From Mycobacterium sp. (lineage in GTDB: Bacteria > Actinomycetota > Actinomycetes > Mycobacteriales > Mycobacteriaceae), in NCBI GenBank assembly GCA_035505695.1, contig DATJQO010000016.1, positions 627 to 64,626 of the forward strand: 64,000 bases of DNA, read 5' to 3'. The notes under the pieces are model-generated. The model did no database searches. It was not told the DNA's origin and saw only the letters and a list, made by a program, of their open reading frames with translations. Position 1 is the stretch's first letter. The number at the start of each line of letters is the position of its first letter. Positions 47,858-59,841 of this stretch are shown piece by piece. The translations under genes were made by a program, and so were the position numbers.

Positions 47858-48013
47858 CCCGAGTGTAGGCGTGTGCGGTTGGGTCGTGCGGCGGCGACCC
47901 GTCGCGCCCGGCTTCGCCGCGCTTGCGATCGCCGCTGGTCTCCCGGTCAGCCGGCCGCAGTGTGCGCCGGCTGAGTGGGCACCGGCGCGTTCGACGCCGC
48001 GGCCGGTGGCTGG

Positions 48014-49267
48014 TTAGCCGGTTTGGGCGCCGGTGACGCTGGTGCGGCCGGGGGCGCCGGGCGGGGGCGGCGGCGCGGCGGGCGGCATGCCGACCTGCGG
48101 GGCCCACGGCGGGACACCGTTCGGCGGCGGGGCCAGCCCCGGTGCTAAGACCCCCGGTGGCGGGGTCTGCGGGCCGATGCAGATCACCGTGCAACCAGGC
48201 AGCTGCGTCTGCGACTGCGGTGGGGTCGTCGGCGCCATCCACGGGAACATCGGCTGCTGGCTCGGCAGCTGTTGGGGACCGAAGTCGATCAGCGGCACGC
48301 GGGCCAATGGGTCGTCCATCGGCAGACCGTTGATGTTCATCGGCAGGTTAGGTCCGAGCCCTTCGGGACGCTCGAAGTGAGCGTCGCCGAGCGGCGGTGG
48401 CGGCCCGGTCATCGGTGGCAAGTCGACAGGAACGACCCCAGTGGCGTACGCCGCGGCCCATCCCAGCACGTTCTGCGCATACGCCATCGAGTTGTTGTAG
48501 CGCAGGATCGCGGACATCACTTGCGACGGGTCACGCAGGTTGAGCCCCCCGCTGCATAGGTACCGAGCCGCCGCCAGTGTGGAGTCGAACAGGTTCTGCG
48601 GGTCGGCCACCCCGTCGCCTTTGCCGTCGGAGGCGTAGCGCGCCCATGTGCCGGGCAAGAACTGCATCGGTCCCATCGCGCGGGCGTAGCTGACGCGATT
48701 GCCGACGCTGCTTTGGATGATGACTTCATTGCCGGGCAGGGTGCCGTCCAAAGCGGGTCCATAGATCGGAACGACCGCGGTCCCGCGCGGGTCAACCGCG
48801 CCGCCGCCCGCATGGCCAGACTCGATGCGCCCGATTCCGGCCAACAGGTTCCAGCTGACGCCGCATCCCGGGGCGGCCACGGCCATCTTTTGTTCGGCAC
48901 TGCGATAGGCCGCTAGTGCGATACTCGGAATGCCCAGCGCGCCAGGCGCATTCACGATCATCGGTGGTGGCGGCGCGGATAATGCCGGCTCGGCGACGTG
49001 GAACGCGGTCGGACCCCGGTCGATCGCGATCACGGTCGGTCCGGAGAGGTCAGGCACGGCAGGAGAAACCGCGGCCACTGGCGTGACGGCGGCGTGCACC
49101 GGCGGGATTCTTGCGGGCAGTGCCGGCGGCTCGCCGCTGACCGCTCCGGCGAATACCAAGGGAATGATCACCGCCACGCCGAACGCCGGCGTCCGCGTGA
49201 CGCGAAGTGCTCGCAGCCGCACCATCGCGTCGGCCGGGCGTCTATCCCGGCGTCCCCCTATGCGCAC
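48014..49267 (-). CDS. membrane-anchored lytic transglycosylase-like protein with Pro-rich C-terminus (Rv1230c-like)
   Basis: 417 aa with an N-terminal TM segment. The transglycosylase-like core is ...GIGRIESGHAGGGAVD...GPMQFLPGTWARYASDG... . The tail is Pro-rich. Confidence 0.8.
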   Translation of the reverse strand: MRIGGRRDRRPADAMVRLRALRVTRTPAFGVAVIIPLVFAGAVSGEPPALPARIPPVHAAVTPVAAVSPAVPDLSGPTVIAIDRGPTAFHVAEPALSAPPPPMIVNAPGALGIPSIALAAYRSAEQKMAVAAPGCGVSWNLLAGIGRIESGHAGGGAVDPRGTAVVPIYGPALDGTLPGNEVIIQSSVGNRVSYARAMGPMQFLPGTWARYASDGKGDGVADPQNLFDSTLAAARYLCSGGLNLRDPSQVMSAILRYNNSMAYAQNVLGWAAAYATGVVPVDLPPMTGPPPPLGDAHFERPEGLGPNLPMNINGLPMDDPLARVPLIDFGPQQLPSQQPMFPWMAPTTPPQSQTQLPGCTVICIGPQTPPPGVLAPGLAPPPNGVPPWAPQVGMPPAAPPPPPGAPGRTSVTGAQTG

Positions 49268-49373
49268 TCGACCGTCCTAGGTATGTGAGGTGGTCAACCG
49301 CTTTTCAGCCGTGAACTAGATCACCATACATAACTCTTGTGACGAGAGTGGCGCAATGGTCGAAACTGAATTC

Positions 49374-49917
49374 TCAGCCGGAGTTCTTGGCCGTCCGCTC
49401 CAGTCCGTCACCGCCCTGTACCGCCCCTGCCTCGTCGTTTTGGGAGTTCAGATTGGTCAGCAGCGCGCGCCGATCGTCCAGTTCGTGCCGCAAATATTCG
49501 CAAGTCACAACCTCGCCGACGGCTAGCCGCAGCGCAGCGAGCTCGCAGAGCCAGATACTCGGTGTCGGCCTTGGTTTGCGCGGCACGATGGCGATCCTGT
49601 TCGAGCGCCACCCGGTCTCGGTTCTCCTGGCGGTTCTGCGCCAGCAAAATCAGCGGCGCCGCATAGGCCGCCTGGGTGGAGAAAGCCAAATTGAGCAAGA
49701 TTAAGGGGTATGGGTCAAAGCGGGCCTCGGCCGCGAACAGATTCACCCCAATCCGCACCACCACCACGATTGTCTGCACCAGCAGGTAGCGGCCGGTGCC
49801 GAAGAAACGCGCGATCGACTCGGTGACCTGGCCGACGGCCTCGGGGTCCAGGCGTGGTGAGTATCTGCGCGACGTCCGCGGGGTGTACAGCCGTCGTGGC
49901 GCCGTCGATTTGCTCAC
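49374..49917 (-). pseudogene. DUF1003 membrane protein (Rv1231c-like), frameshifted
   Basis: GTG at 49917 overlaps the upstream stop (GTGA). ...FDPYPLILLNLAFSTQAAYAAPLILLAQNRQENRDRVALEQDRHRAAQTKADTEYLA continues in another frame as ELAALRLAVGEVVTCEYLRHELDDRRALL... . The shift is near 49546-49551. Confidence 0.75.
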
Positions 49918-51077
49918 ACGGGTCCTCCCGACTCTTCCAGCCGGCCGGCAGCGTCGAGTTTTTGCACGTCGACTCGCCGGTCGTGCGGCAGCAAGTGATC
50001 GAGAAGGTCGTCTACGGTTACCGCTCCCAACAGGTGAATTCTGGTCGTCGACCACCGGTCCGCACACCAGGTTGTAAGCGGCCAGATAGCGAGTCACCGC
50101 GGCGAGCGGCGTCTCCGGCTTCAGGGTGAGCAGGTCACTGTCGACGATGCCACCGACCAGTTCGGCCGGCGCTTCGCAGAGCAGCCGCTGCAGCGGCACG
50201 CAACCCAGGTAGCGACCAGTGGGGGTGGCCGTCGGTGGGCGCGCCACGAACACCATGGACGACAGCTCGGCGGTGAGGTCGGAGTCGCGGGCGTGGGCCA
50301 GCGCTTCGGCAACCTACGTGTCGGGAGTCAGCACCACCGGATCCGAGGTCATCAGGCCGCCCGCTGTGTCCGGGGAATGCGTCAGCAGCCGACGCACCGG
50401 TTCCGAGTCGTCGGGGTCCACCCTGGTCAGCAGCATCTCGGAGTCGGTTGGATTCAGCACAGCGAGCAGGTCGGCGACGTCGCCGGGATCCATTTCTTCG
50501 GGCACGTCGGCCGATCGTTCGGGGCCCAGCTGCGAGAGCACATCGGCCTGATCCAGCTCGGGCAGCTCTTGCAGAACGTCGGCCAGCCGGGGGGTCAAGC
50601 CGTGGACATTGTGCCAGTCCACGACGTGCACCGGGCCGCGCCGGCCCAGCCGGCGCTGGCTGCGGACGGCGACTCTGGTCACCGTCCAGTCTCGGGTGCG
50701 GGTCTTTTCGATTCCCAGGTCGGTGACGACGTCGACGCCGCCAGCTCCGGCAGCGCGGGATCGTTGACCTTGACCTGGGTGTCGAGCACCTGGCCGATCG
50801 CCAGTACCTCGCCCGGCTGCTGTTCGAAGTGGCGTAGCGACACGCTGCCGGTGCTCAGTGTCACCGCCTCGGGCTCGATCGCGCCGACCCGCAACATCGG
50901 GATGAAGATGCTGCGTCGGGTGGCTAATTCCACGACCGGTCCCAGCACGCGTGGTTGCTGGCGCACGATGCTGATGCTGATCACGACATCACGGACCCGC
51001 TCCATGGACTCCCCGAGTGGACCCAACACCAACATCCGGGCGAGCCGGGCGGCGTACACCCTGTTGACCGATGCCAT
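49914..51077 (-). pseudogene. MgtE-N/CBS-domain protein (Rv1232c-like), two frameshifts and one in-frame TAG
   Basis: The first piece is MASVNRVYAARLARMLVLGPLGESMERVRDVV... . After a shift near 50736-50742 comes ...VDVVTDLGIEKTRTRDWTVTRVAVRSQ...LLAVLNPTDSEMLL.... An in-frame TAG lies at 50314-50316, followed by VAEALAHARD...RYLAAYNLVCGPVVDDQN. After a shift near 50046-50050 comes HLLGAVTVDDLLDHLLP. Confidence 0.8.
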
Positions 51078-51140
51078 GAAAGGGAGCCTCTAGGCAGCCA
51101 TCGGGATGCGCAGCGGTATTGGCCTCGCGAAGAAATGTCG

Positions 51141-51764
51141 CTATCGCGAATGCATGGCGAACATCACGATGATCGAACCCACCACCAGCGTCGCGATGCC
51201 GATGACGATGCCGGCGACTGCCAGGCCGTAGCCATCTTGCCGAGTCCGCTTGACCTGATCGAGTGCGATCGCACCCAGCACGATGGCCACGATCGAGCCG
51301 ATGCAGCAGAACACCCCGGTGAACGACGAGATGAGCGAGGCGATCGCCAACCCGTTCGTCCCAGGCTTCATTGCCTCCCGGTGCCCGTAGCCAGGCGGGT
51401 AATCGGGTGCGGGGTAGTAACCGCCCGAATAGGGAGCCGGCCCATAGCCGGAAGGCATCCCGCCAAATTGCGGCGGCCCGGGCTGGTAGGGCGGTGCGCC
51501 GTAACCGGGCGGTTGCTCGTATCCGGATGAAGGCTCGTATCCGGGTGGGGGACTGAATTGCGGTGGGTACGGCGCTGCATAGCCGGCTTGGTACTCCGTT
51601 GACGAAGCCGACGTTGGATACGCCGGGCCAGGGTATCCGGCCGGCGGCGATGCGGGCGGCTCCCAGGGAGCTGTCCAATCCGGCTGCGCGGGGGCCTCGC
51701 CGGCGGCGGGGGGCGACTTAGCCTCGTCGTCCTTCTCGCCGAAGCCAGCGCCGGGAGCTGTCAT
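51141..51764 (-). CDS. Pro/Tyr/Gly-rich protein with C-terminal DUF4190-type double TM (Rv1233c-like)
   Basis: 207 aa. It has repetitive PPGY/GYxxP motifs, then LAIASLISSFTGVFCCIGSIVAIVLGAIAL...AVAGIVIGIATLVVGSIIV. Confidence 0.75.
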   Translation of the reverse strand: MTAPGAGFGEKDDEAKSPPAAGEAPAQPDWTAPWEPPASPPAGYPGPAYPTSASSTEYQAGYAAPYPPQFSPPPGYEPSSGYEQPPGYGAPPYQPGPPQFGGMPSGYGPAPYSGGYYPAPDYPPGYGHREAMKPGTNGLAIASLISSFTGVFCCIGSIVAIVLGAIALDQVKRTRQDGYGLAVAGIVIGIATLVVGSIIVMFAMHSR

Positions 51765-51923
51765 GCGTTCAACCTAGCCCATGCCCAGGTGGCGAAGGCC
51801 GCCCCTGATAGCCGGGTCGCGGCGCAGGACACATAGCTTTCCGCCGGTTTGCCGGACTGTCGCTGGATAGGGTATTAGGACCGGAGATGAGACGATCGCC
51901 AAGGCGGAGCAGAATGAGCACTG

Positions 51924-52451
51924 ATGACTAATCCATTCCAGCCTGGGCAAGTTCCCGGCGCCGCGCCACCGGGCGCGGCGGGTGCCCGGCGCGGTGTGCC
52001 TTCCTTGCCGACCCCGCCCAAAGGCTGGCCAGTCGGGTCGTATCCCACTTACGCCGAGGCGCAGCGCGCCGTCGACTATCTATCCGAGCAACAATTCCCG
52101 GTGCAGCAGGTGACCATCGTGGGCGTCGATCTGATGCAGGTGGAGCGAGTCACCGGCCGACTGACGTGGGCCAAGGTACTGGGCGGCGGCGTGCTCAGCG
52201 GGGCCTGGCTGGGCTTATTCATCGGGTTGGTGCTCGGCTTCTTCAGCCCCAACCCATGGGCCGCGCTCGTCACTGGCCTGACCGCCGGTGTCTTCTTTGG
52301 ACTGATCACCTCCGCCGTCCCGTACGCAATGGCGCGCGGCACAAGAGATTTCAGCTCGACGATGCAATTGGTGGCTGGGCGCTACGACGTACTCTGCGAT
52401 CCGCAGAATGCGGAGAAGGCGCGGGATCTGTTGGCGCGCTTGGCGATTTGA
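51924..52451 (+). CDS. conserved membrane protein (Rv1234-like)
   Basis: 175 aa with a soluble N-domain (YPTYAEAQRAVDYLSEQQFPVQQVTIVGVDL) and two TM helices. Confidence 0.8.
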   Translation: MTNPFQPGQVPGAAPPGAAGARRGVPSLPTPPKGWPVGSYPTYAEAQRAVDYLSEQQFPVQQVTIVGVDLMQVERVTGRLTWAKVLGGGVLSGAWLGLFIGLVLGFFSPNPWAALVTGLTAGVFFGLITSAVPYAMARGTRDFSSTMQLVAGRYDVLCDPQNAEKARDLLARLAI

Positions 52452-52467
52452 GGCGTGCAGGACATAA

Positions 52468-54819
<2,352 letters not shown>

Positions 54820-54830
<11 letters not shown>

Positions 54831-55659
54831 ATTGGTGGGCGTTCGGCGCGCCACGATCTGGGCGGTCATCGACACCGTGGTCGTGGTGTATGCGCTTCTT
54901 CCGGTGCTGTGGATCCTGAGCCTCTCACTCAAACCGACGTCTACGGTCAAGGACGGCAAGCTGATCCCGTCGTCGGTGTCCTTGGACAACTATCGTGGCA
55001 TCTTCCGGGGTGAATTTTTCAGTTCGGCGCTGATCAACTCCATTGGGATCGGCTTGATCACCACCGCGATTGCGGTCGTGCTCGGCGCGATGGCGGCTTA
55101 CGCCATTGCGCGGCTGGACTTTCCGGGCAAGCGGCTGCTCATCGGTGCCACCCTGCTGGTCACCATGTTTCCGGCGATTTCGCTTGTCACGCCGCTGTTC
55201 AACATCGAACGCTTCATCGGTCTGTTCGACACCTGGCCGGGCCTCATTCTGCCCTACATCACGTTCGCTTTGCCCCTGGCCATCTACACCTTGTCGGCGT
55301 TCTTCCGTGAGATCCCATGGGATCTGGAGAAGGCGGCCAAAATGGACGGTGCCACACCGGCCCAGGCTTTCCGCAAGGTGATCGTCCCGCTGGCCGCACC
55401 CGGAGTGGTGACCGCCGCCATCCTGGTATTCATCTTCGCCTGGAACGACCTGCTGCTGGCGCTGTCTCTGACCGCCACCAAAGCCGCGATCACTGCCCCA
55501 GTGGCGATCGTGAACTTCAGTGGCAGTTCGCAGTTCGAGGAGCCAACCGGATCCATCGCGGCCGGTGCGATCGTGATTACGGTGCCGATCGTCGTTTTTG
55601 TTCTAATCTTCCAACGACGAATCGTCGCCGGACTGACCTCTGGCGCTGTGAAGGGATAG
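54820..55659 (+). CDS. sugB: sugar ABC transporter permease
   Basis: ATG at 54820 overlaps the end of sugA. ...[26 protein letters not shown]...[18 protein letters not shown]... is near-identical to SugB. Confidence 0.92.
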
Positions 55660-55663
55660 CTCA

Positions 55664-56842
55664 ATGGCTGAGATTGTGTTGGACCACATCAGCAAAAGCT
55701 ATCCCGACGGCGCGATCGCGGTGAAAGACCTGAGCATCACCATTGCTGACGGCGAGTTCCTGATCTTGGTCGGCCCTTCTGGCTGTGGCAAGACCACGAC
55801 GCTCAATATGATTGCCGGGCTTGAAGATATCTCATCCGGCGAGCTACGCATCGGCGGCGAACGGATGAACGAGAAGGCGCCCAAGGATCGCGACATCGCG
55901 ATGGTGTTTCAGTCCTACGCGCTCTACCCGCATATGACCGTGCGGCAAAACATCGCGTTTCCGTTGACCCTGGCGAAGATGAAGAAAGCCGAAATCGCCC
56001 AGAAGGTCGATGAGACGGCCAAGATCCTCGACCTGACGGAACTCCTGGACCGCAAGCCGTCCCAGTTATCGGGCGGCCAGCGCCAGCGGGTTGCGATGGG
56101 CCGGGCAATCGTGCGCCATCCCAAGGCATTTCTGATGGACGAGCCGCTGTCCAACCTGGACGCCAAACTACGAGTACAGATGCGCGGCGAGATCGCGCGG
56201 CTGCAGAAGAGGTTGGGCACCACCACCGTCTACGTTACCCACGACCAGACTGAGGCGATGACGCTGGGCGACCGTGTGGTGGTGATGCACAGTGGCGTCG
56301 CGCAGCAAATCGGCACTCCCGATGAGCTTTACGAGCAGCCCACCAACCTGTTTGTCGCGGGGTTCATCGGCTCACCGGCGATGAATTTCTTCCCGGCGAC
56401 GTTGACACCCATCGGGCTGACGCTTCCCTTCGGCGAAGTGATGCTGACACCGGAGATTCAACAGATGATCGCCCGGTACCCGACGCCGGAGAGCGTCATC
56501 GTGGGCGTGCGGCCCGAGCATCTGGCCGACGCCGCATTGATCGACGGGTACCAGCGCATCGGGGCGCTCATCTTCGAGGTGCAGGTCGACCTGGTCGAAT
56601 CGCTGGGCGCCGACAAGTACGTGTACTTTTCCACCGCGGGTTGGGCTGCGCACTCTACCCAGTTGGACGAGCTCGCTGCCGAGGCGGATGCGCACGAAAG
56701 CCAGTTCGTGGCAAGGGTTCCCGCGGAGTCCAAAGCAGCAATTGGGCAATCGATCGAGTTGGCGTTCGACACCACCAAACTTGCCGTGTTCGACGCCGGC
56801 TCCGGGTCGAACCTGACCATTGCGCCGACAGAGATGCAGTGA
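55664..56842 (+). CDS. sugC: sugar ABC transporter ATPase (MsiK/MalK type)
   Basis: 392 aa with GPSGCGKTT, LSGGQRQRVAMGRA and FLMDEPLSNLD. Confidence 0.95.
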   Translation: MAEIVLDHISKSYPDGAIAVKDLSITIADGEFLILVGPSGCGKTTTLNMIAGLEDISSGELRIGGERMNEKAPKDRDIAMVFQSYALYPHMTVRQNIAFPLTLAKMKKAEIAQKVDETAKILDLTELLDRKPSQLSGGQRQRVAMGRAIVRHPKAFLMDEPLSNLDAKLRVQMRGEIARLQKRLGTTTVYVTHDQTEAMTLGDRVVVMHSGVAQQIGTPDELYEQPTNLFVAGFIGSPAMNFFPATLTPIGLTLPFGEVMLTPEIQQMIARYPTPESVIVGVRPEHLADAALIDGYQRIGALIFEVQVDLVESLGADKYVYFSTAGWAAHSTQLDELAAEADAHESQFVARVPAESKAAIGQSIELAFDTTKLAVFDAGSGSNLTIAPTEMQ

Positions 56843-57432
56843 CGCGGACTTTGGACGAAGTGCGCGCGCATCTGCGCGGTCACTTCGGTGACGCCGAGCC
56901 CGGTTCGGCGAGTGTGACCTTTCTGGGCACCGAGCCGTTCGAGGTGCTGCGATTTCATGGCGTCGACGGCTCAGTGCATTACGTGTCGCTGGGTTGCTCG
57001 CGCCACCCGATGACCGACCCGGCGCAGATGGTCGGTGACCCACAGCGCGGACCCCGGGCCGAAGTGGTGCTCTGCCTGCGCGACCCCGGCCCCATCGCCG
57101 GCATTGCCCGCAGCCTCGCGATACTCGCGGCAACGCCGGCAGTAGAGGGCGTGGCGCTGACCGCCGACTCATTGATTGACCTCGGCTCGCCGCTGTGGGG
57201 ATGGCCGTCGCGCCACGTACCGTTCACCGCAGTGCTGTTGGGCCGCAGCGACATTCCCGATCTGGCGCTGCGGCCGCCGTGCGAGCCGGTACAGTTCCTT
57301 TCGGCGACGCCGATCACGGCGACCGAAGCGGCCTGGGTGCGACTCAAGGGCGCCGGGGCCATGCGCGAGGCGTGGCAGAACGATGGCGTCGACGTGCTGG
57401 ACCCGAATCGGCGGGCCGCACAGCCTGATTGA
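56839..57432 (+). CDS. hypothetical protein, possibly SUFU-like (suppressor-of-fused domain), translationally coupled to sugC
   Basis: GTG at 56839 overlaps the sugC TGA (GTGA). The 197-aa protein begins VTRTLDEVRAHLRGHFGDAEPGSASVTFLGTEPFEVLRFHGVDGSVHYVSLGCSRHPM... . The domain call is from pattern memory only. Confidence 0.6.
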   Translation: MTRTLDEVRAHLRGHFGDAEPGSASVTFLGTEPFEVLRFHGVDGSVHYVSLGCSRHPMTDPAQMVGDPQRGPRAEVVLCLRDPGPIAGIARSLAILAATPAVEGVALTADSLIDLGSPLWGWPSRHVPFTAVLLGRSDIPDLALRPPCEPVQFLSATPITATEAAWVRLKGAGAMREAWQNDGVDVLDPNRRAAQPD

Positions 57433-57437
57433 CTGCG

Positions 57438-58538
57438 CTAAAGCCAGTTGTTACGTCGGAACTGGAAGTACAGCACCAGGCACACGAGGGCCATTGCGGC
57501 CATCACCCCCGGATAACCCCACGTCCAGTTCAGCTCCGGCATGAAATGGAAGTTCATACCGTAGATCGCGGCGACCATGGTCGGCACCGCCAAGATCGCG
57601 GCCCAGGCCGCCATCCTGCGCATGTCGTTGTTTTGCTGCATGCCGACGCGGGCCAGTGCCGCCTGTATCAGCGAGTTGAGCATCTCGTCGTAGCTGGCGA
57701 TGTGGTCTGCGGCCTCGGAATGGTGGTTGGCGACGTCGCGCAGGTAACGCCGCACCTCTTTGGGAAGCAGGTCTTTGTTCTCCTGCTGGATCCGCTGGAA
57801 CGCGCCGGAGAGCGGCGTGACGCAGCGGCGCAGTTCGACGACTTCGCGTTTGAGCAGGTAGATCGGTTCGACATCGAGCTTGCGGCCCGGGGCGAACGCC
57901 AAACCCTCGATGCTGTCGATGTCGGCTTCAATTAGTTGGCTCACCTCGAGATAGTGGTTCACCACCTCGTGGGCGATGGCATGCATCACCGCGTATGGTC
58001 CCAGGCGCAACTGCTCGGGGTCGGCATCCATCCGCTTACGCAGTTCAGACAGTCCGCCGTGTTCGCCATGACGGACCGTGATCACGAAATCCTTGCCGAC
58101 GAAGATCATGATTTCGCCGGTTTCGACGATCTGGCGGGCCAGCACCACTGATTCGTGCGGGACGTAACTGACGGTCTTCAGGACCAGAAAGAGGGTGTCG
58201 TCGTATCGCTCCACCTTGGGCCGCTGGTGCGCGCAGACGGCGTCTTCGACAACCAACGGGTGCAGGCCGAAAACGTCCGCCACTTCTTGCATTTGATCCG
58301 TGTCCGGTTCCCGCAAACCGACCCAGACGAATCCATGGTGTCCGAGGAATTCAACCTCGCGGACCTTGTTGAGTGCGGCGGCGTAGCTGAATTTTCCGGG
58401 GAGCCGGTGACCTTCGGCGTAAACGGCGCAGTCGATCAAGGCCTCGTTGGTCTTTTGGGGAGCCTGCTTGGGCTGCGGATCGTGGGCGAGCGGTCGAAGC
58501 ACTTCGGGCAATGCGTCGAATCCTTGGATCATGTCCAC
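57438..58538 (-). CDS. corA: CorA-family Mg2+/Co2+ transporter
   Basis: 366 aa. The GMN motif is in YGMNFHFMPEL, with two C-terminal TM helices. Confidence 0.93.
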   Translation of the reverse strand: MDMIQGFDALPEVLRPLAHDPQPKQAPQKTNEALIDCAVYAEGHRLPGKFSYAAALNKVREVEFLGHHGFVWVGLREPDTDQMQEVADVFGLHPLVVEDAVCAHQRPKVERYDDTLFLVLKTVSYVPHESVVLARQIVETGEIMIFVGKDFVITVRHGEHGGLSELRKRMDADPEQLRLGPYAVMHAIAHEVVNHYLEVSQLIEADIDSIEGLAFAPGRKLDVEPIYLLKREVVELRRCVTPLSGAFQRIQQENKDLLPKEVRRYLRDVANHHSEAADHIASYDEMLNSLIQAALARVGMQQNNDMRRMAAWAAILAVPTMVAAIYGMNFHFMPELNWTWGYPGVMAAMALVCLVLYFQFRRNNWL

Positions 58539-58723
58539 CTCCGATCGCAGTGCACATCTGGCCGGGCGGTCATCAATGCTACGCGTGCTTACTTACCGAA
58601 GCGCAACGATCCGGTGTGCACAAAGCCCTGGTAAAGGACCGGAGATCGACGGCCCGCAGGGGTGCGCTAGTTTCGAGCCGAGACACGAATCGGCATGAAC
58701 TTCTCCACAAGGAGTAAATCGAC

Positions 58724-59713
58724 GTGAGCGCAAGTCCTATCAAGGTCGCCGTCACCGGCGCCGCCGGCCAGATCGGCTACAGCCTGTTGTTCCGCCTGGC
58801 GAGCGGATCGCTGCTGGGGCCCGACCGCCCGATCGAGCTACGCCTGCTCGAGATCGAGCCTGCGCTCAAGGCGCTCGAAGGCGTCGTGATGGAACTCGAC
58901 GACTGTGCCTTCCCGCTGCTGTCCGGGGTTCAGATCGGCGCCGACCCGAACAAGGTTTTCGACGGCGCGAACCTGGCCCTGCTCGTCGGTGCCCGTCCCC
59001 GCACCAAGGGCATGGAGCGCGGCGACCTGCTGGAGGCCAACGGCGCCATCTTCACCGCACAGGGCAAGGCGCTCAACTCGGTGGCAGCAGACGACATTCG
59101 CATCGGTGTGACCGGCAACCCGGCCAACACCAACGCTTTGATCGCGATGAGCAACGCACCCGACATCCCCCGCGAGCGGTTCTCCGCACTCACCCGTCTC
59201 GACCACAACCGGGCGATCACTCAGCTGGCCAAGAAAACCGGCGCTGCGGTGACCGACATCAAGAAGATGACGATCTGGGGCAACCACTCCGCCACCCAGT
59301 ACCCGGATGTGTTTCACGCCGAGGTCGGCGGCAAGAACGCCGCGGAGGTCGTCAACGACCAGGCGTGGATCGAGAACGACTTCATTCCCACCGTCGCCAA
59401 GCGGGGCGCGGCAATCATCGACGCGCGCGGCGCCTCCTCGGCCGCATCCGCCGCGTCGGCGACCATCGACGCTGCCCGCGACTGGCTGCTCGGTAGCCCC
59501 GAGGGTAACTGGGTGTCGATGGCCGTCGTCTCCGACGGTTCATACGGCGTGCCCGAGGGCCTGATCTCGTCTTTCCCGGTGACCACCAAGGACGGCAACT
59601 GGTCGATCGTGACAGGCCTGGAGATCGACGAGTTCTCCCGCGGCCGCATCGACGCGTCTACGGCCGAGCTCGCCGACGAGCGCAATGCGGTCACGGAACT
59701 CGGCCTGATCTGA
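58724..59713 (+). CDS. mdh: malate dehydrogenase
   Basis: 329 aa with [27 protein letters not shown] lies upstream of the GTG start. The protein is colinear with Rv1240. Confidence 0.95.
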   Translation: MSASPIKVAVTGAAGQIGYSLLFRLASGSLLGPDRPIELRLLEIEPALKALEGVVMELDDCAFPLLSGVQIGADPNKVFDGANLALLVGARPRTKGMERGDLLEANGAIFTAQGKALNSVAADDIRIGVTGNPANTNALIAMSNAPDIPRERFSALTRLDHNRAITQLAKKTGAAVTDIKKMTIWGNHSATQYPDVFHAEVGGKNAAEVVNDQAWIENDFIPTVAKRGAAIIDARGASSAASAASATIDAARDWLLGSPEGNWVSMAVVSDGSYGVPEGLISSFPVTTKDGNWSIVTGLEIDEFSRGRIDASTAELADERNAVTELGLI

Positions 59714-59763
59714 CGTGGCGATCGCAAGCGCGGTGGAGCCGGGCGTAGCGGGTCGCCACTTCA

Positions 59764-59780
59764 GACGCGCTCGGCGCGTC
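59764..59780 (+). terminator. GC hairpin downstream of mdh (gacgcgc-tcg-gcgcgtc), no U-tract
   Basis: It has a perfect 7-bp stem and a 3-nt loop, 50 nt after the mdh stop. Confidence 0.35.
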
Positions 59781-59841
59781 GCCAGCTGAAATTCACCATT
59801 TCCATTAGTTCTACTAACGGGTAGTAAGTACTCTGGGGCGG

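Noticed and set aside
58539-58723. Possible Mg2+ (M-box) riboswitch upstream of corA, or an msiK-type RNA motif upstream of sugC (55660-55664)
   Set aside because: The corA leader is too short and shows no M-box-like conserved helices by eye. sugC is only 4 nt from sugB, leaving no room for a leader RNA.
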